From Lingula anatina (taxonomy: Eukaryota; Animalia; Brachiopoda), in the NCBI GenBank assembly GCA_051362555.1, contig CM120643.1, forward strand, positions 9,734,001-9,798,000: 64,000 nucleotides of DNA, in the 5' to 3' direction. The notes beneath the pieces were generated by a model that made no database searches, was not told where the DNA came from, and saw only the letters and a list, made by a program, of their open reading frames with translations. The translations under genes and the position numbers were made by a program. This document shows positions 41,578 through 53,700 of this stretch, piece after piece (position 1 is the stretch's first letter; each line of letters begins with the position of its first letter).

Positions 41578-43241
41578 TTAAAATATAATACTCAGTAATT
41601 TCTGTTGCTTTCTGTCCCTAAAACGATAGTCCCTGTTGAACATTGCTTTTTATTTTAATTTAGGACCTGTGCAGCGAATTTATTCTTGATCTCAAAATAT
41701 TTCGTGCTGAACAACACTTAATAGAGGTGTAGGCACAAACTTAAAGAATATGAAGTGAAAATGATATTATGCTTTTCGTTGAATTTCCTAAAATTTGAAG
41801 CTAAAGATGCTCAAGACTTTTTTTCTTTTGACGTTAATTTCCGCGCCGTCGTGTTATGTAAACGCTGTTCCTTTCACAGTCCCTCTAGTTACGTCGTGTG
41901 CATAATGACTCTGAGGCCCTACTGTGAAATGGAGATAAAGAAATTATAGTTTTAGGTGTCACTTTGTATGGTCTTCTAAACAGCGCACTGAGTTTCAGCC
42001 TCGTCCCCTCGCGACATTCTGACTTAAAGTGAGTTTATGACCTATATCATTTTCACTTATAAAAACAGAAAAATTAAAAAAAGTTAATCTAATAATACTT
42101 TTGCATATAGAATGGTTAGCTAGAAATCATTGGACATTCCCTAGTTCAGGCACTGTAAGGAATATTTAAACAAACGTTTAAAACTATATTTTGAAATTAA
42201 CATAAACCAATCATGCATACTGATAAGCCAATATAACAAAAAATACTCATAACATGCAATATATGAAAATATGTTACCAAGTTGAACAAGTTACCACTGT
42301 TACTTTCGGTTGCATACCTTTTTTATTTTTTAATTTGGAAATGGAAACAAAATATTCTATGGTACGTAAATCCCTCAGCACTCCTACACGTCTACAAGAT
42401 GTAATGATTGGCATTTCAAGCAGTCATTACCTGTCGGAGAGGCAGTTTTCCTTATCATGAGAGAATCAGAATAGACAACAATTGGGAGCATGCATTCGCA
42501 AATAACTCTACAGTGCGTATTACCAACAGTGTATCTCCGACAAGCGTAAGACCACTCAATTGTCCAAGCCCATTTGTTATCCAAATAAGAATGTTGCAAA
42601 ACTGATCAAGAATAAGGACTGTGCCGCGGACACCTATGAGCTATTTGAAACAAAAACTGTGGGAACTGCAGATTCTACTACGACTGGAAAAGAAACTTAA
42701 TGCATAAGAACAACACACCCATGCAGAAAGTCTAATTATCTTGAAGATTGCCATTTACAAGTAAATTAACAGTGAATTGACTTTCTAAAGACTGTTTACA
42801 TTGATTTCGGAAATCACTGCACTTTTTGTGTTTGTGTGCAAATTTATGCATACTTTTCATTGACATTATCAGAACATTTATTATCTTGTTCTCTAGTATT
42901 CAAAAGTTACAGGAACACTGACTTAAACCAGTTAAGATATAAGCTCCAGAAGGATCACACTTTGTAACATTTGTATTTTTGAAAGTTGTCATTCCTCCCC
43001 TTTACTCAATTAGTAGCCTACTTTGTAGAGCATGGTTTTCTTTTATAAAAAAAGAGGAGATGTTGATGATTGTTTTAGTTGAGACTATAATCTCAGCTCA
43101 TTGTGATGTTTCCCATGAGACATCATTCACAATGGTTCTTATGTAAATTTTGTGTAATATTTCGAAACGCCCTGCTATTGTTTCTTACCGTGTCGCGCTG
43201 TCTGGTCTATGAAACAAGGGCCAAGATTAACAAACGGCACA

Positions 43242-43925
43242 ATGCCTCCATCAGTAGACCGCAGCAAGGTGATAATTCGGCCAATTTCCTCCAGGAAAGC
43301 AGAACAAATATGGGTTTGGAAGATGGTTATGCTTAATTTAAACAATATTGTCATACCAGGAATGATAAAATGCGCCATGACGCAGCTGCCGGCTGCCGTG
43401 ATTGGCGCCCATGTATTTGCTTTAATGTGGTACGGCACAGGAAAAGTCGTTTTCTCGGTGCTGGCAACTGTAGTGTTCTTGGTAATAATAATCGTGGTCG
43501 ACGGCTTCTTTGGTAGGTGGTGTTGGGAAAATTCCTTTAAGGAGGAAAAGGCGAACCTGTGCGAGTACTACAACAGGCCCAAGTCAAGGTTTTGGGTGGC
43601 CGAGAACGCAGGGAGAATTTTGGGATCTGTGGCCATTGACAGGAAAACTGACCACGTTGCTGAACTTAAAAGAATGGTCCTAGAACCAGATTGCAGAGGG
43701 ACTGGAATAGCCAGTGATTTGGTAAAAACCGCCGTGGAGTTTTGCAAGGAGAATGGTTACAAGGAGCTTTTCCTGTCGACATCTGAATTCCAACATAGCG
43801 CACGCGCCCTTTACACAAAATGTGGGTTCAAAGAAACTGATATTGTAAAAAACACTACATATTTTTATCTTGCGACAGTTAATATACACTTCTTCAGAAT
43901 GACATTGTCCGAGGAGAAAATATAA
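43242..43925 (+). CDS. NAT8/camello-like GNAT N-acetyltransferase, copy 3
   Basis: Homologous start MPPSVDRSK at 43242 (extra in-frame ATG at 43209); diverged N-half, conserved GNAT core, 13 aa shorter C-terminus. Confidence 0.9.
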   Translation: MPPSVDRSKVIIRPISSRKAEQIWVWKMVMLNLNNIVIPGMIKCAMTQLPAAVIGAHVFALMWYGTGKVVFSVLATVVFLVIIIVVDGFFGRWCWENSFKEEKANLCEYYNRPKSRFWVAENAGRILGSVAIDRKTDHVAELKRMVLEPDCRGTGIASDLVKTAVEFCKENGYKELFLSTSEFQHSARALYTKCGFKETDIVKNTTYFYLATVNIHFFRMTLSEEKI

Positions 43926-44069
43926 GCATCCGTTCATGTTTTTGTTGTCATGGATAGTCATTGAAACTATAAAACCAACCAAAAAAACAAAATCTTCGTT
44001 GAACATTGCTTAATGGGATAAACACTATTCTTATGAGTTTCAAATTACAATATATACATTGCAAACAAC

Positions 44070-44330
44070 CAGGGCCGTAGCCTCCGGGGGGGCAGGGGGG
44101 GCAGTTGCCCCCCCTGGGATTTGAGGTGCAAAAAAAAATCGCAATTTCTGACTTCTGATTGAGCAATAAATAACAGTTAAAATGCACCAGAATGCAGTAT
44201 TATACATACAGTTTTTAAAATTTTTCCACACCGTACGACACCCCCTCCCACAACCTCCCCACTCAGGGGGCTTTGCCCCCTCGTGTCCGCTTACTGCCCC
44301 CCCTGGCATTTTGCTCAGGCTACGGCCCTG
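44070..44330. mobile_element. MITE with perfect CAGGGCCGTAGCC TIR and 5-bp TSD, nested in a TTAA-flanked element (~44010-44570)
   Basis: cagggccgtagcct / aggctacggccctg; TSD acaac (44065-44069, 44331-44335). Confidence 0.8.
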
Positions 44331-44759
44331 ACAACACATAGAAATATATATTTTAAAAAAATTGGACTTTACCACCAAAACGGCTGTTATCTGAATTTTT
44401 CTGTGTCTGTGTTTGCCATCGGGCCACGCGGTTCATAGATGTAGGCTACCCTCCGTAATAACAATCGGCTAACATTGAATGTTGGAAAGTACTTGAAAAT
44501 CGTCGTTTACCCCAGGAAAATAGGTTTTATGACAATTTTCCAACCTAAATGAAGGCTTGTTATCCCTTAAATTTCGTTTTTATTGTGCAACACTAAACAG
44601 AATCGTAGACACAGATTGACAAAAATAAAACAAAAACTAATATATTTCTTGTTTAATTTTCAAAAGAGTCAGCGGTATTTGAAGAAACAGACACCAACTA
44701 TTTTTAATTACGCTCCTGCCTGTCATTTTTGCTTTTGACGTAAATTGTCACAGTGTCAT

Positions 44760-47700
44760 CTAAATGTTTTTCTGTTCCTTCCCCTGTTCCTCTAGCTTGG
44801 CCATATGCATAGTGGCTTTGGGACCAGCGTGGAACCCTTTGCCTTCCGTGGTGGTTATTGTTGAACATTGCTTGATTCTTGAATTTGGCACCTAGAAAGG
44901 ACTTTTTGTGCATCTAATGCCTCTTTTCCGAACACCGTTTTGGAAAAGTCACACGTAAAAATCACTTTAAAGCTCAGAGATTTTAAAACTTATCTTATGC
45001 CCTACATAGCAGAACCCAAAAAAGCGGTGTCCCTCTCTAAATTGATTTTTTATTCTGAAGCAAAAATTTCTGCACTTTCGTTGCAGTTTACGGTACCTTA
45101 AACAATGGCGTGTAGTTCGGATGATGATGTCTGTACACAGGATCGTTTGTCCGCCTGTTGTAACACATCAAGAACGCCCAGCGTCTGTTGGGACTGTTAT
45201 TCTGGTCACTGCGGTGAAGTAAATTACAGTGGAAGAACAGTGCGTCCCCCGGGTCAAGCTGGACATATGTCATGGGGCATACCTGCATGAGTTCCTCGAC
45301 ACGTGCTACATCAGCCCCGGCCTGCATACCTTTTTTCACATGGTCAACCCTGCCTGCCAAGTGAGAGCCAGGAAGAATCTTGGGTGAAAGGGGAAATAAA
45401 AGTACTTTTTCAGTCGACAAATACATTTTTTGTTAAGTAGGTATCTAAAAATCTCAAATGTCATGGTGCTACTCCAATATACATGTATGAATAAAACGCG
45501 CACAGTATCCCTGTATGACAGGAATGGTAGTCCTACGAATGGAAGTCCGGGGTCCCATATGATAAGCACAGGTTGAGGTTAAGCGGAGTAATGGGGATTA
45601 GTACGTATATTGGACGAATATCACCTGTACAAAGTAATGGAGAACGGATAACTGATCCTACTTTTCCTGTCACCCGGTACCTTTAAGCATCCGTTGGTCT
45701 TGTCTGCCCTGTCCACTGCGACCCATACAGTACCCATGTCAGGAAACAGGCAGCCATTCAAATACCAATAACTGAAACAATACAAGTGTGATTTTCAACA
45801 AAACAGTGCGAAAGTACTTTTTTCACGTGTCGCATATATCCCTGTTTGCCTATTAATTATGCTAAACATACTTACCAACAAGCACTTATTTTGACATTAT
45901 ATAATAATGTTTATTGTGATGTCACAAACATTCTAAATTAGAGTCTACTAGTAAAATGTTTTGGTGGTTTTGGTTAGGTAAATCTAATGAACTTTGTTCA
46001 CACGAGTGGCGGGAGTTTTTCATAAGAGGGCAGTGACAGGTTTGATATTTTTATGGTGCCATGATCATAAAATGATATACATGTACCCTACAACGGGGCT
46101 GAAAATGCGCAATGCCTCAACTCATGTCGTAGGCAAAAGTGGTCACCAAAATCACATACAGTATTGCACAACATAGAGGCAAAGCAACTGTAAAGTGATC
46201 CATTTTTCATTATATTAATCAAGTTCGAAACCTGCTTAATTCGGCAGCAAACGCAAAATTATATTAATCAAGTTCGAAACCAACTTAAGTATGGCTCAAT
46301 AATTCTACAGAACGCAAATGCGAATGCAATCAATCCTAACTTATTGTCAAGCAACCAAAAGCCGTTACCCATAATCCTGATGCCATATATGGGCACCGCC
46401 AGTAAACGGTTCCTTCATTATAACTTTGGAATGGTAGTGATACACTTCGCCGCTCAACAGCTGAAATTATGAAGATGTTTTACATGTTTTTATTTGCAAA
46501 TTGTATATTAAGATACTGCAATAATCAATGGCCATGTTGAGTAAAAGTATACGTACATTAATCTCACAATTGGCGTGTTTTAACAAGAACCGTTCTGTGA
46601 AATTATTGTTTTAACTGTGACAAAATTAGCTGACTTTCCGTCACACATTTCCATGATACTATACATGATACTAGGGACAAAAAATAGGATTTAAAACGCC
46701 TGGATTGCTTCTTTTTTAACTTATCTGAGAACAATTGCTATGGGTAAAGCATAAAATGGCAGGTTAATGGCCTTAATCAATATCGAAAAAAAAAATCATA
46801 TTCACCGTCCACTTTCGAACCCCGGGCGTCAGCCATCTTGACACAGTTTGAAATAACGCGGCTTCTCGACTCAGATACGAGATGTAAACAATGCAGACAG
46901 CATGTCGTTTCGAAAGTGAGCGTGGACGTGAAGGAGAAGAGGAATTGCTCACCGAATCTTTGCAGGTAAGCGAGTTATATTTACCAAAAGTACTTTTAAA
47001 TGGGAAGATGGCAGTGGAAATCAAAATATCTGGCAGAGGAAGTTAAAAAGCGTAGATAACTGCTAATAATTAACGTTTCCTCGGGTAACGCACTCGCAGC
47101 CAAATCACTAGCACTGGGTACGTACTACTAGACTAGTAGTTATATTATGAAGCGAGATAGTGCACTTTACCCCTGAGGTGTATAGGTCTGTAAAGCAGGA
47201 GGAATACCCTTTTCTGCTCAATGTGGCCATCTACCAGTACTTACAGACTAACCTCACACCATATTCTCTCAGGGGAATCCCTTGAGATATACGATGTAAC
47301 TCGAGTACTAGTGGGGTTGTAGAGGGTGTTCTTTGTACATCACGTAACCACGTTAGCTTATTTGTAAATTTAATAATATTGTCAATGAATATGATTATAA
47401 GGAATAATTTTTTTAGCCTTTCAGAGGAGGAATTGGGTGATACACCCCTTCAAGCACGAGTGAAGAGGTCAGGTATGTTAATAATTTTAGCAGTATAACA
47501 TGGGCGGATCCAGGATTATTTGAAAGGAGGGGGGACGGGGGGGGGGGGGGTCCGCGGATGCAAAGCCGACCCCCCCCCCCCCCCCCCAGTTGGCGTGGGG
47601 TTCTGGGCCTGCTTAAAACTTTGGTATTTTAGAGGGCGAACAGTGCCATTTGGAATGGTTTAGCACTATACTGTAGTAAATTAGCTAGTCAAAATTCTAA

Positions 47701-50700
47701 TTCCAAGTGGGGAATATTAGTGTGATTTTTTTACATCAGTTCTTTGAAACCATGTGTGATTATGTTGTTGGCTTTTATGATTTAATGCAGCTACAGATAT
47801 TTAAATTTAATTTTTTTTTTTTTTGCCATAATCAGACTTGCTTCTTTATTATAAGCTTGTTATCATGTAGTGATCATCCCCTCTAATTTGTTGATTTTTG
47901 TTAAAGAATAGTGCTGTTATGATAATATCAATACATTTTTTTCTTTATAACCATTTTATGTAATTTTACTATTACAGTGCCTCAAGTTATATCTGGAAAA
48001 CTCATACCAGGAAGCACTCCAATCTTACAATACTGCATCACTTCAATGTCGGTGTCACAAGTTGTGGAAAAGACTGCTACAAAAAATTTGCAGCGATGAC
48101 CACGATCCACCACCTTTTACCAAAACCGAGTGAACAGTTTTATATTATAATGCCCATGTACATGTATTTAAAGTGACAAGACTGAGATCAGCGAGAGCCT
48201 CAAGGCCTTTATTTTCTGGGCATCATCAACTCTTCAATAATTTTATAATTTTGTCAAATACATCCAAAGATTCAATTCTAATGCAATTCTTGAAAACTTT
48301 TTTAGAATATATTTCAATGTCGAACATGTTTTTCTAAGAACTAGCCCTTTAGTAAATTAACAACATGTACTATCCAACTGTTATTATTAATTAACATATT
48401 GTTATGTACAAAGCATAAGCTGCAGTATCAATGTAGCATTAACTGGGTAGAGATTATGAATGAAATAAAAGTTTAAATTTTGAAACATCTTTTAATTATA
48501 TTTGGCAAAAATAGAAGAATAAACAAAGTTTGCTACATAAGTTTGGAATTTGGCCAAATCATCTTTATTATTACCTGTCACATGTAATGAATAAGACATA
48601 CACAGATTTTGGAAGCTAGAATGCATAATTATTTTCATACTTATTAATGCCATCTTCATAAATAAGCCTTCTATTCAAGCATTCACAAACTTTCACATTG
48701 TGCAGTACACATTATAGTATGATAACATTTTTGAGAGAGACTTATTAATAGCCAGGCTATCATGTTAAGAGTCTGATGTACATGCAGACCCATGAGGATT
48801 GCAGATCAACAAATTATCCCCCTCTGTCAGCGTATTGACTCATGTGAGCTGACACAAAAGTCTCCATGCAAAGGGATGTGTCATAAGAAAGGACCAACCC
48901 AACTTACACAAACATAAATTGTTTCATCGGTAAGATATTCACACATACTTTTCCAAGATGTGCAGGGAATAAATAGAAAGGTATAAATATTTCTTTAAAA
49001 AATACAGGCATGGCTTCCCTGCATGAATTCTAAATATTGGCTGAGTGGAGAATTGAATACAGGCACAAGTGTTCACTCAAACCATTTTTGTAGGTCTTAA
49101 AAGAAATGACATGCAGTCATTTGCCAAATACAGAATTTTATGCTGTAACAAAGTCACAAAACTGCAACTGGTGATCTTACAAAATCTAACAACACACTGG
49201 TTTAAAATCAAGTAGAAATCACAATATGCCACCAGTACCATATTCCATAATACATTTGATGTCATTTAGATTTAAGAAGTAAATGCTGGACCAAAATGGT
49301 TTATTCTCAATATCAGGCATATGACTTAGGTTTGGGAGGAAAGACCACCTTGACTTCCAATCTGTCTGCATTATAGCATAAATGCCAGTGCTAGATGGTT
49401 TGAAGTCAACAGATTATGCTTTTGTCACAGTGGCAAGATGAGTTCACTGAATATATCCTGTAAGCAGCACTTGAAAGTCAGGAAAAGTCTCTCACTATCC
49501 AACTCGTCCCCGCTTTGGACCCTCAAGAAAAGTCCCTCTTTTTTTGGTGGAGAGCCATGGAGTTCATCTTCCATGTAAAAACATCTTCTTCAGGACATCA
49601 TACTGGCAGTTGCTCATAACCTTAAGGTCTAAAAAAGCAAATCAAAATAATAATGATTTATTAAGATTGCAACCCAGTGGGTTGAAGTTGTACATAGTGT
49701 TAAGAAAATTATAATGAAAATAAAGTGAATATTTGCTTGAATAAAACTGAGTTAAAAGACTGCTAATTGAACTTTAAAATTATTGTACTTAGGATAAAAG
49801 ACAACATAATACTATTGGAAATTTAAAAGTGCATACGGAATAAAAGAGCATCAGAATCTGTCGGTCTTAAATTGTGGCACTTTGTTACTATTGTTTGATC
49901 TTAAAAGACGATTGGATTGATCAATAAAGATGTGATTCAGTTTGTCAGAGGATTCAGTTATTTTGTAAAAGAAAGTTTTGCACAGATCTCTTCGTTTATC
50001 TAAAGTACACATATGCCAGGTTCAGGGTTTCATCATAGTGTAGGTCAGGGAAAATAATCTTCAAAGCACGAGTTTGGTCAGTCTCTTAGAGTTTGCATTG
50101 CTCTATAGTAAGTCCTGGATGCCACACAGGGCAGGCATATTCTAGAATTGAGTGCACAATACTTTGGTAAAGCTTAGCTCGTTTCAGTTGACGGAGGAAA
50201 TAGAGTCTTGCATTATGTTTACATTATGTGTCGCCAATTTGGAAAAAAAAATTGATAAAAGAGAAATCATGCACCTATATGCCTAATATATGAGGAGTGA
50301 ATATCAGCTTATTAAAATTCTGCTTACTCTAAAGACATGTTTTAGTCCCATGTTGGATCATCAGGATCCTTTAATTCCCTCTTCTTCAGCATCTTCCTCC
50401 TCTTCCATCTGCACTTCTTCCAGTTCAGGCATACCATAGGAAAAAGTTACCTTGATACTGCAACCAAAAAAAAAAAAAGCAACAGTACATAAAATAAGAT
50501 AATCGAGTTTGAGAAAAATTATGTAAAAACTTAACTGAAATAAGTATAAAACTCAACTGAAATAAGTATAAATGCCATTTTTCTCAATATGATCACCTTA
50601 AATTATCTAGACTGTCATCTTCAACTGCACTAGTATTAACTACAACTTAATTTTGAAGTTTCTTGATCATTTCATATTGGTTTAATCTCCGAAATACTGG

Positions 50701-53700
50701 TTGGAAGTTAAAATTGTATGATCTAAATTATTACTCTGGACTATTTAATACATTAGAGAGATGTACCAAACATAAACATGCAATATCCCCTTTCTGATTT
50801 ATTTATTTTTAATGTAAAAAGGAGACAAATTGTCTTTAAAATATAAAATCAAAATACTACTATTTATTTTCACTTATAGTTGACATGCCATTTAACATTG
50901 GGTTAAACTTAGATACAATAACAGCTTCTGCACGTTCATTTTGGGATTTAGATGCCTAAAGAAATAGCATCTTTGTCAAATGTCTTAATTACTGTGGTAT
51001 GCCTAGATGTTAGAGGCACAAGAAATGTGCCCTCGGTAAGTCAAAAATTCGCCCTGGTCATTGTAATGTATATGTAATGAGACTAGTATCTCCCACCATG
51101 TCCGTTTTTATTTAAACTTTCTTTGCTCTATAAACTAACCCAAACCCTGTCAGAGTCGTCATATGAGCAACACTTGCAATTTCTGTCATCGATACCACTC
51201 ATATTAGTTACAATTTCATGGCATATTTTGACAGACGAGCCTGACAATCGTTAAGATATACAACGAACACAAGTAAATAAACATAAATCTCTGTGCTTAA
51301 TAAATATTTTCACTGGTGTCTTATCTCAAAGATTATTGTAAATGGTACTCACAAATCCAGTAAATACTTCGCGGCCAGGCCATTCTTCGTATCCATGGCC
51401 ACCCAAGCAGGTTTTCATCTGCCTTCTTCCTCGCCGGTGTTTATTGTTTGCCTGTCGTACATTTGCTGATACACTGTTTTACGCATGTTTTTTTGTAAAG
51501 GCTGTTTCTTTTTTCTTTTTGTTATCTGCCTTCGCTTCTTAGAAGGACTCCCAGCATAATTGAGCCTCCTGTGGCATGTTGGCTTTTCCCGGCAGCTTGA
51601 ACTGGTTGTAACTAGGTCGCAATACGAGAATCTCGCGATATCCGGAAGTCTAGAGAGCTCAATAATGAAAATGGAGGTGGTTGTTGGTAAACCTCCGCTT
51701 AAGCGGAGGTTTTCTTTTTATTGTATTTTCCAAAAATGTTACAGAGCGATGGCGAGTGCCGGGAATGATAGATTAAAGGTTGGTAAATCGCGGAAAAGTA
51801 CTGTTAACCTCGGGATAAATCGGGATAAATCAATTTTGGCGCGAAAATCCTCTTTTGTGTCCTTTTAAGCAAGAGTTTTTCATCTCAACACCTTCTCATT
51901 TCCCGCCATTTAACTCTTTTGCCTCCAACTTTGCAATGTTACCATGGTTACCTTTTCCATGGTCCCCGCTACTTTCTCACTCCTTGCTATCATTCCGGTA
52001 ATGTCGTCTGCTACATAATTCCAGAGCGTTGATTTGGCGGCTCTCCCCTCGCCGTCGTCTGCGGCATTGCAGTGGTCACGAAGCCCCTGGTCTTGCTCCA
52101 GTGCAACCCGTAGCTTTGTTATCTCTTCTGTATCCAGGAGCTGTCTGGTAAAGGGAATGTTCGCAGAAATGAAGAAGGAATTCTAAGGCGAACTAAAATA
52201 TATGATATCCTCGCCAATCTTAATACTGGTCAATCAACACTATTTTGGCTCGTAAACTCTAATCATTCACGCGGCTTTGTAGTCCCATATATTGGTTAAA
52301 TTTAAGAACTATAGGCCTACTGGACAGGTTCTGGGAGTTAATTAACTCACTCAGTTTATCTGAGTCTTACCTCAAGATGATGAATCCGTTCTTGTTGAAC
52401 TGAGCTTGCACGTCATCTGTAACTGAGAAACTCTCTGTGTATTGATAGCCTGGAAAAGTGACACGAAAAAAATCTTACAGTGTCAAATACTATGATTGTG
52501 ACAGTATCATAGTTTTTAAGATGGGTTCCTCTTACATATTTTTTTAATGCACGCATGTTGAAAATTTGTCAAATCATATTTCCATTAATATTTTTGCACT
52601 TCTATATAGTTTTTAACATTTGAACATTGATAAACATTAAATCACATCTAATGCTCTCATTTACATAAAGTACTAAGTCACTACAAGAAAAAAAACAAGT
52701 GTAAACGTATATACTGTATACGCATCTAGACGTGTTTTATTATTGCTGAATATTCCATGATTCTCGTGTATTTTGATGGCATTTTCGACACATTATTCGT
52801 TGTACCAAATGTCAACTCCAGCTGTTTCCTACGCTGTAGTAGAACACAGTCACCAGCTTATTTAATAAAACTAGTCCTTACAAAACTAGTCAAAAATCTC
52901 TGGGGGGGGGGGGGGGGGGGGGGGTTACTCAGTGCATGAACTACATGTACCAATTTGGTGATTTTTTTTTCAAACAACAAATTGCAGTTTAAATTATTTA
53001 AACTTGATTTTTTTTACTAATACAATGGCTATTAATAAGACATCTTACTATGACGTGATACAAAATCTACCTAAATGTTCCCTAATGCATTTTATGATAA
53101 CGCAATACAATATAATACAATACAATACATTACAATACAATACAATACAAGTTTATTATCATATACCGTTCATAATGAAGTTTAGAGCAAACAATGGTTT
53201 GAATATTACATGTCTACCCTTCAGTTTACAATAAAAAATATATTAACAAATTCATACAGATTACTGATTTATTTATTTTCTTATTATCATTATTTTTTTC
53301 TTTCGCAAATGATCAACTGACTTAAATATTTTCTAACTTGCTTTAAAAGGTAGTACAGATAAATAAGTGTACATGTACTAAAGAAAGGCCCATGTACAAT
53401 TTCATAGGTTAATGTCCTGCCACGTGACTTCTCAGACAAATGGAAGCTTACGTATACCATCAGCATACATCTATCGTTATGTGACACGGTGACTTGAAAG
53501 TAGAGGAAAACTTCAGAGTAATACAGTATAATCACTCATGGGAATTAACAGGGTGATATATACTGCGGTCGTGAGAGGTCACCTTTTCATTAGCTAATAA
53601 CTCGCGCATAAAAACTTCAGAATGTAAGCAACATCCTCCTAACGTCATACCCGCAAAGATATCCTGGCAAACTATTGTTTTGCAGCTACAAAATTGAATG

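Noticed and set aside
38527-43925. Bacterial contamination or recent HGT for the intronless NAT genes
   Set aside because: AT-rich host-like flanks, probable 5' UTR intron and NAT8-type membrane segment; an intronless CDS is normal for NAT8-family genes
48760-49300. Stem-loops examined as a SECIS for the TGA-rich frame
   Set aside because: Hairpins exist (e.g. tgtcagc/gctgaca) but none combines an ATGA/GA quartet, a good helix II and an apical AA by eye
51560-51868. 102-aa plus-strand ORF
   Set aside because: Non-ATG start, runs through promoter motifs, no downstream exons identified
46461-51951. Hypothesis that the two convergent nested transcripts form a TIR transposon (ProtoRAG/Kolobok/Harbinger-like)
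   Set aside because: No matching TIRs or TSD found at the block ends and no transposase motifs
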